Under the pieces are notes generated by a model that saw only the letters and a list, made by a program, of their open reading frames with translations, searched no databases and was not told the origin of the DNA. A DNA stretch of 64,000 bases from positions 682,001 through 746,000 of the forward strand of contig CDRNST010000339.1 of assembly GCA_977016875.1 (NCBI GenBank). Direction: 5' to 3'. How positions within the stretch are numbered: position 1 is the stretch's first letter; every line of letters starts with the position of its first letter. This document shows positions 51,009-64,000 of this stretch, piece by piece. The position numbers were made by a program, and so were the translations under genes. This DNA is from Pavona decussata. Its lineage: Eukaryota.

Positions 51009-51714
51009 AAATGTTCTACTGAAATACTGAAGAAGATACATACCTTCACGTAAATCTGTAGTTACTGTGTTTATAAAAGATGTCCAACTAACGATTTCAA
51101 TCTAGGAAAGAAGAAAAATGCAAGATATGGTTAAATAATTACATCGGCATAGCTTGGGATGAGTCTCTTAGCGTTTATGTTTAAGAGGCTGGCTCTGAAT
51201 TTTGATCTGCACTACGCAGAAACAACTCTACCAAGTACATGAGTAAACTTTCACTGCTTCGATGACTGCTCAATAAATATATCTATCTAATTTTTATGGC
51301 GGTGGATTTTAAGTCTATGCTAAAGACGCCAGTTTCGGTCTGATAGAACGATCATCAGAGTGCAATTCTGCTGTGTAGGAAAGAATTACTTCTGTTTAAA
51401 TCGGCCACTTTCCTCACATAACAATGACGAAAAGATCGCTAGCGGAATATAGAGTTAATTTTTGCTGTATAAATCAAGAAAAGTTTTCAGGCAGAGAGAG
51501 AGAATCTTATATAACAATTATTAAAAGTAATTTCGCATTATCTTTTAGGATAAAACGCTGCGGGGCTTTAATTGCGCGCGAGTAGATGGAATTTTCCACA
51601 TTTTCCTTCCACTTTTTCACCAACATGAAATATAGCAGTCCGAAAGCCGCTGTTAAGTTAGATACCTTCTCAATGCTATTTCGAAACTGGGACTTCTCCG
51701 AATTCGTTTGGTAC

Positions 51715-52080
51715 TATACTGACAACACGAGAAATGCTGTTTACAATAACCTTCATTTGAATGGTCACAGCTCAGGATTTCGTGGCCAGAATGAAATGTT
51801 AGAATCATCTTCTATAGCATCATAAACAGCACCAGAATAAAGAGCTGCATGCTCAGTAACTGATTTTCATAGAAATTCACAGACGCAAACTTTGGAGTCA
51901 CCTTCTACAGCATATAAAAAATAATACGCCCTCAAAGTTCTGCTAAAAGCCTTGCCTTTGAGGATTTCGTCTACAGACTTAAAAGTTACAACCAACTTCA
52001 CAATAAGCAGAATAATTATCACAACAAAGAACTGTTTTATCGTTTTCACGTGAATCGCCATTCACCGAGACTCAAAAGGG
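51715..52080 (+). repeat. ~106-bp tandem repeat cluster (degenerate)
   Basis: ttcatttgaatggtcaca; ataaacagcacca; cacagacttaaaagtta-like segments. Confidence 0.75.
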
Positions 52081-53044
52081 AGAAGTACATACGAGGAGTC
52101 AAGGGCACACTCTACGAGTGGAACAGTTGGGGTTTACAAAGCCATGGAGGTTAAATACGACATAGAAGATGTAGAAGACAGCCTTTGCCCGGTATCTACG
52201 GGTGTAACAACTATTGTGTTCACTTTCAGATGGCAATTGCTTCTTCGGAAGGGGTTCAGTTTGATTCGATGTTGAGGGTTGCAAATATAACAAGTATTGA
52301 AGGGCTGAACCAGCCATGAGTGGGCCAAAGTGATATTCGTAATAAACCGATACTATTCTAGAACATTCGAAAGCACAGCAACATTTTTTTCTGACATGCA
52401 GGAATAGCAGAAAATAAATAAACAAAATAACAATAAGAAATAGATCAATAAATGGAGAAAACAAGTCTTTAGAACGTACAGAGTATGGTATAAAATGAAG
52501 GTCAAGTTAACAGAGCTTCAGGCTTACCAAGAATTCGAAGGGATCATTCAGTAATAATTGACGTTACGAGGCGTGTGAAAGACCACAGCACCAACAACTG
52601 CACCCGGCCGCAAACAAAACACACCATTAATTTTCCATGAGGAACCTTTGAACATTCCTGCCTGAGGTAGAGGACTTCTTTTTTCAAAAGTAAACTCAAT
52701 ACTTGTGGATTAAATATCTATACACAGCTTTTTGCTTGCAACGTTTTAGCACGACGTTTGGTTTTCTCTCCTCTGTTAGCAACTCATTGTACATTCGCAT
52801 TTTAAGTTGAATAAACACGTGGCTTTCCTTATAAGGCGATACTTTGACGATCCCAAGGCAACTCGACTGGATCTTATTTCTTGATCTTTTTGAATATTAA
52901 TTGGGAAAGATAATTTCACTTCTGGGATGAACGTTTCACTTCACTCCAGTGACTTTGTGCTTACGCGTACTGAGTGCATTACAAAAATACATCAATTATT
53001 TACAGGCAGAGAGAATCTATGTAGCACTAAAAGCCCTCAAATTA

Positions 53045-53470
53045 TGATGTAACCTATGACGAGCGCAAAAGAACTTACGGCGTGTCCCCCATATCGCCCT
53101 CTATATTAGCTCAAGCGCCACCTATAATACAAGAATAGTGTACTTCTGAGATGGGACCAATATGACAAGGTCTCCTTTGTGCGCATGCCTGTGACTACCA
53201 ACCTACCCATCTCACTATCATTCAAACACCACAATTGTACCATTATTGTATGATTTAATAGTCTTTACTTGGGCGCTTTGCCTCCACGTTCTTTAACCTA
53301 TGCCATGATGACAAAGCCCAATGAGGCCAAAAACATCTGTCGATGGGGGCTTCCTCCTTTACATTGTTATTTTGTTAGTTATAGACTGTTTTAGCTCTTT
53401 ACTCCTGTCGCTCTAGTGCGCATGTCTGTGGTGTTATCCTGTCGTTCCCCTCACACTTGCAGTGCTGCAT
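53045..53470 (+). mobile_element. Decayed retrozyme/Penelope-related repeat
   Basis: Degenerate hammerhead-like layout at 53303-53346 (ccat..TGACAA-gcc..ggc-AAAAC..GTC-gatgg) and two gtgcgcatg motifs. Confidence 0.4.
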
Positions 53471-53854
53471 AAGCTAACCATAAACTACATACCAACGAAG
53501 TTTATAACGTCTTGTAATGTTTTTCTTTTTATTTGTTAAAAGAATCACAATCGAGGAAGCCTAGGAACGAGTGACATTGACATTTCCTATAAACTTGCAA
53601 AAATACCCCCCAAAATTTTGAGCATGACAAACTGACAATTGGAGGACAAATAAATGAACGCGTGGAGAAAGTACGGCATTGCGTTACCTAGAAACAGAAT
53701 TGAAAGCGTATAGAAAGCGTACATGTCTTTTTGGGCGCCTACACCAACGGCAACGCCAACGAAATACGAATGCGTCATTTGAGCTACTTAACAATCATCC
53801 TGAGAAATCTCGCGGAATATCGCCTGGTATTCACGAAAATTTGCTATTCTGTAT

Positions 53855-54315
53855 CTTTCTTTTGAATGGTCACACTTTAGGATTTTTCCTGACGTACTCA
53901 GTTGGATTAACCAACTTGTACAGCATTATCAACAGAACCAGGGAAATTACTATTCCGTAGTTTTCATTTAAACGGTCACACTTTAGGATTTTATCCCAAC
54001 TGAGTAAGAAAAAAAACTTTGTACAGCATAATAAACAGCACAGGGAAATTTAATTACCTCGCAGCTCCATTTGATTGGTTACACTTAACAATTTTACCCA
54101 TAGTAGAGCAGAAGGTTACATCTACTTTGAAAAGCGTAGTATGTTGCACTAGAGGACAAAACTAACCATCAATGTCACACGTTAGGATCATAAGCACAGA
54201 CAAAATTTAGAACCACCCTGCACAGTTTATAAGCACTACCATTGGAGAGTACAACGTACCGCCTAACCGCTTTGATTCGAATGGTTACGCTTAGGCTCAC
54301 AGCCACAAAAGTAAA
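53855..54315 (+). repeat. ~106-bp tandem repeat cluster (about 4 units)
   Basis: tttgaatggtcacactttaggattt; tgtacagcataataaacagcac; ttagaaccacc. Confidence 0.85.
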
Positions 54316-54524
54316 AAACATATCAGATCGAATCAATATTGAATTCAGGAATCGAGTGAACGTTTTAAAACTGAAGTCCCTAGCTATTGCTATTAAAGTC
54401 AGTTATACCCCTAAATTATAGCGATTATACAAGGGAAAAAATATATGTAGTTGTTGTGTAGGTTTATACTAATGCCATGAAAGGTGTTAGTCATCGAGTT
54501 TTAAAATGATGGATGAACATTAAT

Positions 54525-54890
54525 CGTCTGTGTCGTTTGTGATTCACGGCCTTGTGGATATGAATGTTCAAAATTGTTTGCAGTTCTCCAGAGCAACGCG
54601 AACACGGAATAGTCATGTTTTTAAATTTCAGACGCCCTATAGCTCCTTCAAATTTTCCTTTTTCCCAAGAACGTCTAGGGACTGGAATCAGCTCCAGGCT
54701 GACATAGTTATACCTCTCCTTCGTTGGCCACGTTTAAGGAGAAAGTGGCTGCTTTTAGGAGCTAATATAGTCAACCTCTTTTTCAGAACAGCGTTTTAGC
54801 ATGTTTAGTATTATTCGTCTATTTATTACAGTTAGCATACGTGATGCCTCACCGTTTTTGTTAACTCAATAAAGGTAAAAGTAAAGGATT
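54525..54890 (+). mobile_element. 3' end of a non-LTR retrotransposon (CR1/L2-group ORF2 C-terminus and tail)
   Basis: Peptide HGLVD...RTRNSH..KF..P...FKFSFFPRTSRDWNQL.ADIV is typical of LINE ORF2 ends; ends in aataaaggtaaaagtaaagg, a short-repeat tail. Confidence 0.8.
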
Positions 54891-54961
54891 GTGTAGCAAA
54901 GGTGTGGATGGATCTTGGTTTATTTTAATAACAACAAAGTCTGGCCGACTTGGACTTTTCT

Positions 54962-55164
54962 TTAAGCCCTTCCATACACCTGTGCAGATGAACCAAATTG
55001 GACAAAGGAAATAATACCCAAATTTCATTTTGAAAAGATAATATTGTTATAAAACAAGCGGCGAATTCAATACCTTTCTATTGAATGGGCACACTTTTTA
55101 GGATTTTATCTGCAAAGATTCAAAAGTTAGGGCCATATTTACTGACAGGGAGAAACGGAGTCAA
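54962..55164 (+). repeat. Single-unit element of the 106-bp family with degenerate TTAACCCTT-like ends
   Basis: ttaagcccttcc...ttgaatgggcacactttttaggattttatc...tcaaaagttag...gggagaaacggagtcaa. Confidence 0.45.
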
Positions 55165-58100
55165 TTAAGTCGAACAATTTTGTCTTTCCCCTGAAGGCAT
55201 GAAGTTATTGGGATTTAGCACGCAACATACTTCTCATGCAGACGGTCACACTTAAAGTCGATTGAAACTTCTAGAAAATGTTTTTATAATTAGCAAAAAA
55301 CCACGACAAGTTTAAGTTTCAAAATTAAAGTGACTTGAAATGACAAAATCCCTCTTCAGTTACACAGAACAAAAAGCCTTATAGAGAATGATTTTTGATG
55401 GGACAAATACGGACAAAAATGAAAGAAGTCGAAGAGCAATGATGGTTAAAACTACTAAGGCATCTCAAAGAGTGTGTCTGGTTGTTCCAAGGCAAACATT
55501 CCGTAATAACCAGCAATAGACGGAATAATCTTGAAATACTACTTTTCTAAAGACGAAATTGTCCTATAACATCTGAGAACTATTGCCGACTCATGAAATT
55601 CTGGATATATTTTGTATGCTTGTAGTAAAATATTCCTGAATAAAGCGACTTGCTGTTATTTTTCTGTGTTTTCTTATTTCTACAATAAATCGCGCCCAAA
55701 AGTGTGTTAGAACTATGTCTGGTCCACGTTTTTGCAAACTTGGCTTCTTGTACTTCAAAATCGTTGAAAGGATGCTTCGTGTGGCTAGGAAAATTGTTGT
55801 GGAATTTAATACGGAAAGGCTAGTGATATTAAGAATTCAGTACAGTAACAAAACTCGCTTTTTATATTGCTTTCCTTTGGGAATAGCCGCAGAGAATTTT
55901 GTGCAGATATGAAACTGAATATAAGATAGTTAGTGATAAACTCCTTGTGAGCTACATTATAAAAACACATGGAAAAAATACCGGAAAGTTCGACAAACCA
56001 ACTCGTAAACATCACAAGCGACGCTAACGCTTGATTTTAAAATATATTTGATCACTACAACCCACGCCCCAATTCCACTTCTAGATAGCACCTAGATAGA
56101 ACCTTCCGCTGCAAATGTACCCGTTGAAGACAAGTCAAATTGAATATATGAATTTCTTTCCTAAAATGGGCTTTTATCGCATCTTGGAACCCTACAAATA
56201 ATTAAAGCTACTGTCACTTACTTTATATGGCTAATGCGGCTCCTCTAGCTTATCGACGAAGTAGCACTGCAACTTAAAACCTAATAACCCTCCGTGATGG
56301 AGATGAACGTGCGATAAATGTCTTATTGACTCCAGTTAATAGGACGAGTGCGGGATGTGCTTAAGTGACTGTTCTGACAAGAGAAAAGCCGTTAAATGAA
56401 CAGGTCTAGAACAATAGACATCCGATAGGGAAGCGAAATGACTGGCCACCAGCTAGACAAGTTGGAGACTTAAAATGGGTTCGGAAGCCCTCTCAAAACC
56501 GGAATGTCAAAGCTCAACGCGCATTGGCTGAGTACACGCACATGACGCGCCAATAAGCGAGACATGAAATTGACAGGCAATAAGCATGCCGGTCAAACGC
56601 CTGCCCCAATTAAGACCACAGGAAGGAAAGTCACGATCTTTGAATACACGAGACACAGAGAAAACAGTTACTTCAGGAAAAACAAAATGCGGTGTTTATT
56701 TTGAAATAACATGTTTGAATATTGAGGGCAAACACACGCTAAGCTTAAGCGCAGCAGTGATCCGCAGATGCACGGATTCAAACGTGCCGACCTTTAATGC
56801 TTTTCACTGGGCAAATAACTTCAAAGGGCAAGGCAATAAGTGACGAACAATTCTGGTTGGCAGGCCGTTAAATACCCTTTTAAGGGGAAATACTTGCTAT
56901 GGTATCTCCTGATACAGCACACAGTAGGCTCACCACTGGGCAATTTTATGAGCATTGAAATTTTCTTTTCCCGATAAAAAAGCAGATCTCAATAATTTAA
57001 CGACAAAGAAAGAAAAACTTGGCTTATATTGCTTGTAATTCATCGCAACTAAACAGAAAAAAAAATTGACAATTTGATCGAGAATGACATTAACATAAGT
57101 TTTTTTTTCGGCAGTGAATTAAAACAAACAGTAAAAAAAAAAGACAAATTCTAGAACCATACCAAAAGGAACATAAAACTGCAATTCCAATAATTCGCAC
57201 GAAAAGGAAAGAAACGAACAAGGCGCTTTCAAATGATCTCCGTTGATGAAATACAGAGACAAAGGAGAATTCCCCCATTTTATGAAGAGAGCATGCGACA
57301 TACCACACGCCAGGAGTTTCGCGCCCACAAGAACACGATATTAAATTTCTTTCAAGCTCGAAGCAGGTGAATGTTATTCCTTAGATGCGCATTCCAGTAA
57401 AACGCGGTCTGCCCCTAACGAGCGCAGCGAGAGCTTTATAAACTGTAGTGTTTTGCGGACAACCGGTACAGCAACACAGCGGGGCGCGATTATAACCTGT
57501 AGCGTGGGTACTCAAAGAAAGTTCCGAAAGAGTTCTTTTACTTCGACCCTACAATAAATATTTCATTGCGATCAGGGCTTGACTAAAGAGGAAAAAGCTC
57601 TCAACGCCGACAGAGTGCACTTTAGAGTCTCCTAATGTTTACATTAAGTTTGGGATTCATAATTAAACGAGCAGGTACTTTAGATTTCTAGACAGGTTGA
57701 AAGAGAGTCAGAAAACCAGAACTGACAGCACGCAAATGCAAGGAAAGAGCCTTTACTTTAATTTACAACTGTCCTATCAAAGCCGGGTTTTTTTTTGTTA
57801 TTTAAAGTTAGAATTCGCAGATTCTGCCTGCCTTGTTAAGAAAGCGTTAGCAATGAGACATCCCACAATCAACATTTGTAAAAACACGGTTTTAGATATT
57901 AAAAAAGCTCATGGCGAGAATTCGCGCTAGTAAAAACATTAGATTTACTTAACAAACTGAGCACCAAATAAAATGACAGTAGGAAACTATATTTTTAATA
58001 TAATTCAACAAAACGAAAACGGCTCTACCATACAGAAAACTCACAGTGGATGCGCGCAAGGGTAACCTTGAGATTTTTTGGGTAACCAAAAAAAAAAAAA

Positions 58101-59259
58101 CAATAAATAAATAAATAAATGCAATTTTTGAAAAGGGATCGAGTCTCACAATTGAGCAACTACGATGAATCCGTGATAGATCACGATTTCAGTTTGTGAC
58201 ACAGACATACTCAGAAAAAGAGAAAAAAAAAACATTACCTTTTAATACGATCAATAAGTCAGCAGAAACGTAGCGATACCATATGTTCAATAGAGCACTA
58301 AACTTCAAGTATAGGGCATTGTGTGAAGTCGAAAGTAGAGAAAGTTAAAAAGCGACAGAAGACCGTTGTTTTTTTCAGCATTATCTCAAAATGACGCCTT
58401 GAAATGATAGTTTAAAAACAAGGATTTGTAAGATGAGAATTTTCGAAGATCAGAATCGATTGTACAGTGTTACATACATGTAATGTATTTATCACAGCCT
58501 ATGGTTTTAATAAAGTTCAAGGTTTCAAAGTCTAAATTGAATATGCGAAGATATCCCAGGTAAAGCCGGCTTTTTTACAATGTTCCTAGACGCACTCCTT
58601 AAAAAATCCACCAATTCTCATTCTATTACCGCATCTTCAGGTTAAGCGACGAACAATTGAAACACAACCATGAGATTGAAAGAGGAAATATTTCAATAAT
58701 CGCAGAATTAAAATGGTGACAAAAAGATTGTTCTCTCTGTTTACATTAAGTACAGGTAGCAGTGTGTCCATAGACAATAGTTGTTTTTACTTCAAAGATT
58801 TCTACGAGAAAAAATAAACGTTGAATTAAACCGAACATTCATGTAAAATTTAAAACAAAACTGCGATTACAAATTCGAGCGAAATGTGCATTTTTGTTAG
58901 AGTAATAGTTAAGGATAATAGCTATAAGCTAAAAATACATTTCAAACACGTAAAAATTACTTTAAAATTACTGAGTCGGTCAATTTGCTAGCCACGTGGA
59001 AGAGAGATATATGTACATCAGTATGAATAAAATGAAATTTAAACCTCCAATGCTAAGTTTTGAATGTGTTCTGAAACAAAAGCCAACTTGAGCTTTTCGA
59101 ACAAGAAACAAAAGCGTACTTAACTCTTACGAGTCACGGCTGGAAATGTGTGGGAGACGGCTTTCGGTTAATGCGTTTTCTGCCTAATGGGGCAATTTCC
59201 TAACTCTGTTGTAAGAGGCTTTTAAGATGGTCGAGCATGCCAGAGAGGTTATAATGTAA

Positions 59260-59525
59260 TCGTTCGCTTTCCATATGGTACACTTTAAAGTTTTTGACTT
59301 TACATAGTGGTAAATTTCTAAGTGTCCATTTCGTAAAAGTACTAAGAACGTACTCGGTGGACAGCTTCCATTTGAATGGTACTCAACCTCCGGAGAGAAT
59401 CGGTTGATAAAAACACCTTGTACATTGTAACAAACAGCACCACATGAAAGTACTGCTAAAAGCCGTTTCATTTTAATGGTGCTAGTACAGGCTTTTGTCC
59501 ACTACCTTCAACAGTTCGAACCATA
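59260..59525 (+). repeat. ~106-bp tandem repeat cluster
   Basis: caccttgtaca...aaacagcaccacatgaaagtactgct; ttccatttgaatggt. Confidence 0.75.
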
Positions 59526-62500
59526 TTTCACTACATTACATTACGAAGTAGGAAAATGACGTCGCGGTAGTTTGTCGAGAAACGAACTCAGAATTCAGTG
59601 GCAGTGCACATAAATTTATGTCACAAATTTTCTTTTCTTTTTATCTTCATTGCAAAGGGTAAGACATTTTGTCATCTTGACAGCTATAAATTTCTTCTAC
59701 AAGGAATTAACCTAAGATTGAAATAATCGTTAAATCAATAACATCAAATTCATACTTTCACAAAGGTATTGAAAACCAACATGACGATTGTGCGTTCATT
59801 CACGAGGATAACAACGTTTCTCGCTCCATCATGGAAGCAATCTGAAATCTCACCGTATTTATGACTTCGTTTCTTTTTGAAAACTAAACTTGACAAACTT
59901 TGTACTGAGTTTGCTTTTTGCGGCACTAAATCTTGAAATACAAAGGCCATAGCCAAAAGAAAAAACAAAAACAGGTTTCCAGTACCAAAGTCGAAACTTT
60001 CGCTTTGGTTTAGTCAGCTTGAGAATTCTAAACACCTTGTTCGATTTTCGTACGGACCTAAATATTTTGAATCTTTTGAAAGTTTCAGTCTCAAATCTAT
60101 AGACGGTCGTATTCTCCTTTGCGTTTTTACTCTAAACAACTAACTCTCATATACTATCGCTATAACTGTCATATGGTTTCAAAGAGTTTGAAATCTTCTC
60201 AGTTCTCGGCTTTCAGTGTTTTTGTTGTTTTTACATGTTCCGGGCCGGTCAGTTTACGGTGCTAAGTAGAGTCAAAATTATAAAAAAGAAGCTCGTCATT
60301 AACTTTGAGGCAAATCAAAGTAAACAGTATAATGTCCTTAGCATCTTTAAACGTTTCTACTATTCTGCAAATGTCGGCACGCAGTCGTCCTTCACGAAAT
60401 TTTTTCCCTCAAAGACAGATGAAAGACGTACCAACCTCCATCTATTTACAACCTTATTCTACCAAAATTAATGATGAAAGCTATTTCTTTCTGGCCAGCA
60501 AGAGGCGTGCCGAAAATCATGCACTGCGGTTATTAATTTATTTTGTAAAGAGTGTCATCTAGGCGCGAGCGAGAGACGGAAAAACATGCACAGCCTTCTC
60601 GCTAAGTTAAATTCGGTTATTTTAATTAAAAATGAGATTTCTCTTTCTTAATTTGTGTCACTTTGGTACTTTATTTAATTTCATAGCTTCGAGAAGAGAC
60701 GTCAAACAATCGCTTAATATTCAACAAAATCTGATCCTTCACTGAACTGCATAAACTATGGGCAACTGAGATCAAATTTGCCTGAACACACTCGCTTTTT
60801 GTGGGCTCACAGGAGATACGACCCTCCACTTTCAAATCTCGCCCTGAGCCATGCTAAAGAGTCCCTTTTAATAAAATAAAATTAAGATAACAACGATTTA
60901 AAAAACAAAGCCAAAACAAACGTAGACTACATAATATTTGTATCAAAAGACAGAGTTTTGATCATGCTGTTTTTGTCAGCAAACATTTCAACCCTCGGGT
61001 GAAGATGCAAAATGTTATTAAATAACGTCAATCGCTGTGTCAAATGCAATAATAAAAGTAATGTGAAGATCACAAAGGCCGATAAAACGGAACAGCAGAT
61101 GGCAGCGATTTTATGGAGCATATTTGGTAACAATGTACGGCAGCTAAAATATAGAACTGAAGAATGTACGCTTTTTACGAGAATTAAACTTACCTTAAAA
61201 AATCAAGCTTCTTGGTAGAGGAAGAGGGTATATTTTGCAGGCTTTGTTCAGATCTTTGTCATCAAAACACGGTACAAAATGTTCCAAGGAGAGTACCAAG
61301 CAATAATCGACTTGAGCTTCCGATAATGTGATCTTCGAGGAAAGGGCAGATTTCGTTCACTAGGCTAAAGCAAGCGGCCTTAACTAAGGCATGAATTTTC
61401 TTCTTGGCGATGTCTTAACTTGTTGAGGTCCTCAAACAACAGACTCTCCGGTCTGGCAGAACGGAATAGGTACAATTGAACCTTAGAAACAGGTAGCCGG
61501 TTCGCGCTACCAGCAAAACACAAAGGGAGTTTCGCCATTGAAACAACTGTCCGTGAAAAGAAATCATGTTTCACGTAAACATTTACTTAGGTGCAGCGAA
61601 AGAGCCTTTTGAAAGAGGAAAACCTTCCAGCGACATTGTTTGTTCATATGCTGTTCGCAGAGGAACCTAAAAAGGAAGACTTTCCCAGTGAATAGAGATA
61701 TCGCACGCACGGAAGAATTTTGATGGTTAACAAGAAAGAACAGATTCTATGAACTGCTGGTAAGCCATGTTAAAGCTTTCAAAGTGCAGCCATATCGTCT
61801 AAAGCATGATCGAAGTATTGTTAGCTTGTCACACCTATGAAATGCCCAGTAAATCTAAGTGCAGACACAAAACTGAGACAAAATCTCTAAAACACAAAAG
61901 AAATCTTTGACTTTCGCAACTGAGCAAATCATTCTTGTGTGGATTTGACGGCTATTTGAAGGACAATATTACAGGATAATTTCGCCTCAATGTCACTTAA
62001 GTACTGTGTTTTAGTGCTTAACTTCATTTTACTTTGACGTAAGAATTGGGCGAATTAGAATCAAGCAAGAGTTATTGATACGAGCATGAAGCAGAGTAAA
62101 TACTGCAGGTTATTTACTGGTATATAATTGCAGTTTTTTATATAGTGATAATTTCGAAGGGAAAATTCTCAGATGTTCGATTTTCGTAAAATGGATTAAG
62201 AAACAAAACAAAGTCATGAATGAAATCGAAAGTGTACGCTAAGTTTTAATAAAATTCGAATTGTCTGAATGGGTACAAATTAATTAATAAAAACAATGAT
62301 GTACCTGTAAGAAATAAAACAACAGATTTTCTTTTGGATGGTCGCGTAAGGCATAAAACGCTAAGGATTCCGCTTTATCGTTTTCGTTGTAACTTTCAGA
62401 TAATTTAACTGAAATCCTTTGGAAAAAATCCGAGATTTCAAATTCCTGTTAATATTTCGTGTAAATCTTACGCTAACGAGTGACTGTTAAATGTTAAACA

Positions 62501-62669
62501 CCCCTAGAAAATTTCACAAAAAGCGTTTAAGCTTTGTCGAAGTGTTGCATTGATAAAACGTGTGAAAAGTGGTGTTTACCAGCAGTTTTGTCTCAAAAAT
62601 GACAGGCTCAGAAATGGAGAAAAGACGAAAATTTTATTGACTAAAATGCTGATCAAAATGTTAAACTGA

Positions 62670-63225
62670 TCTTGACTCTTAAGTTAGACCTTCCTTGTAT
62701 ACCACGGTCATCAAAAGTACCACAATAAAGAACTGCTCGATCGGTGGGTTTTATCTGAATGTACTTAACTTTAACTTTAGGATTTCGTTGAAAGACGCAA
62801 AAGTTAGAACCACCTTGTAGACCATAATAAAGTGTCCCACGGGATAGTACTGCTCAGTAGCTTTCGTTTGAATTGTCACACTTTACGATTTTGTCCCAAA
62901 GGTTCAAAAGTTAGAACCACCTTGTACAGCATAATAAACAGCACCACAGGAAAGTACCGTCTCAGTAGCTTTCATCTGAATGGTTACACTTAAGGATTTC
63001 ATACACAGACTCAAAAGTTATAGAACCACCTTGTACAACATAATAAACAGCACCACAGGTTAAAGTACTGCCCATTTAAGTTTTAATTTGAATGGTCACT
63101 CTCTAGTATTTCAAGACTCAAAAGTTAGAATAGCCTTGTACAGCATAATAGACAGTCGTATAGAGAATTACTGTTTAATAACTTATATTTGAATAGTCAC
63201 ACTTAAGGGTTTCGCCTAGACTCGA
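62670..63225 (+). repeat. ~106-bp tandem repeat cluster (about 5 units, best preserved)
   Basis: The ttagaacc anchor recurs at 62804, 62911, ~63019 and 63125. Confidence 0.93.
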
Positions 63226-64000
63226 TCAGTTACATTGTAGAAGTTAAAACTTCCTCAAAAGGTTAAGTTCTATCTAATGTGGGTAATTCAGCGACCCGAA
63301 TCCTCAGCTCCGGTTCTCAAATTAGTATAGTAGCGCCTATAGCAATACTTCTACTTCCAAAAAGATGGGAAGCTGTAGTTTGTCACAGGTTTATAATTAC
63401 CTCCGGAATTGTGAATAAGTGAATGACCATCGCATTTATGTACGAATTACGTTTGCTTTAATTTCCAAGCGGTCGCTAAACTGGTTCCAGAGAGACAAAG
63501 AAAGGGCTTCAACAGACTGGCATCCGACCGATGTGAATGCTATGCTAAAGTGACTCAAGATTAGAAGCCTCTAGTGAAAAGTGTGAAGACAATGTTTTGC
63601 CAAAGGCCCCAAAGATGCAATACTCGCCAGTTATCACTTTTCTTTCCTTTCTAAAGATTTGTATTCTTTGGTTTGCTAGGATCTCAGCGTCAATCTCTTT
63701 CAAGTTAAATTAGCTCTAAAAAATACGAGGTGTGTGTGTTTGTGTGTATACGAAAAGCCTGCATGACTATGAACAGTGGAATAAACGAGGCAGCCATACT
63801 TTGGAAAGGAAAACTACAAATGTGATAAAGTATATGAGCCTTGAACAAGAACTAAATAATAGTTCGCCGTAGAAGAATCCTTCTTAATGGAGAATGTACT
63901 CTAAAGATACCAAAATGAAACTGCATGCATTAAGTCACTTTATATATACTATAAGCATGGTTGAATTTCTTCAAAAACTTACAACAACCAAAGAAATACT

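Noticed and set aside
62670-63225. Regularly spaced repeats as a possible CRISPR array
   Set aside because: The whole unit repeats without unique spacers, no cas genes, eukaryotic context

Overview
Eukaryotic (animal) genomic DNA, AT-rich, with one 128-N assembly gap. The repeat types and gene sequence suggest an anthozoan cnidarian, probably a stony coral (inference). The only recognisable host gene is a complete six-exon Islet-class LIM-homeobox gene on the minus strand: complement(join(20229..20294,22120..22335,23196..23497,24339..24598,25372..25561,25704..25725)), 1056 nt, 351 aa. It encodes LIM1, LIM2, a homeodomain and an Islet C-terminal Lhx3-binding-type region, and all introns are GT-AG. 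About 20 kb downstream and 38 kb upstream contain no other recognisable coding exon. These flanks hold many non-autonomous DNA transposons (MITEs with AT, TTAA, CTG and 9-bp target duplications, several nested), a decayed Penelope-like retroelement (GIY-YIG fragment plus a hammerhead-like motif), other hammerhead-ribozyme-like cores, a LINE 3' end, tRNA-derived elements, a (CAATR)n pentamer array and about ten dispersed clusters of a ~106-bp tandem repeat. Leads most worth following: duplicated splice acceptors that could give Islet an alternative C-terminus, a Su(H)/Sox motif cluster 3' of the gene, a 32-bp-phased CCAAT promoter, the ribozyme-like motifs, and a head-to-head tRNA-Thr-like palindrome. 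I found no convincing evidence of a wholly new multi-gene system.
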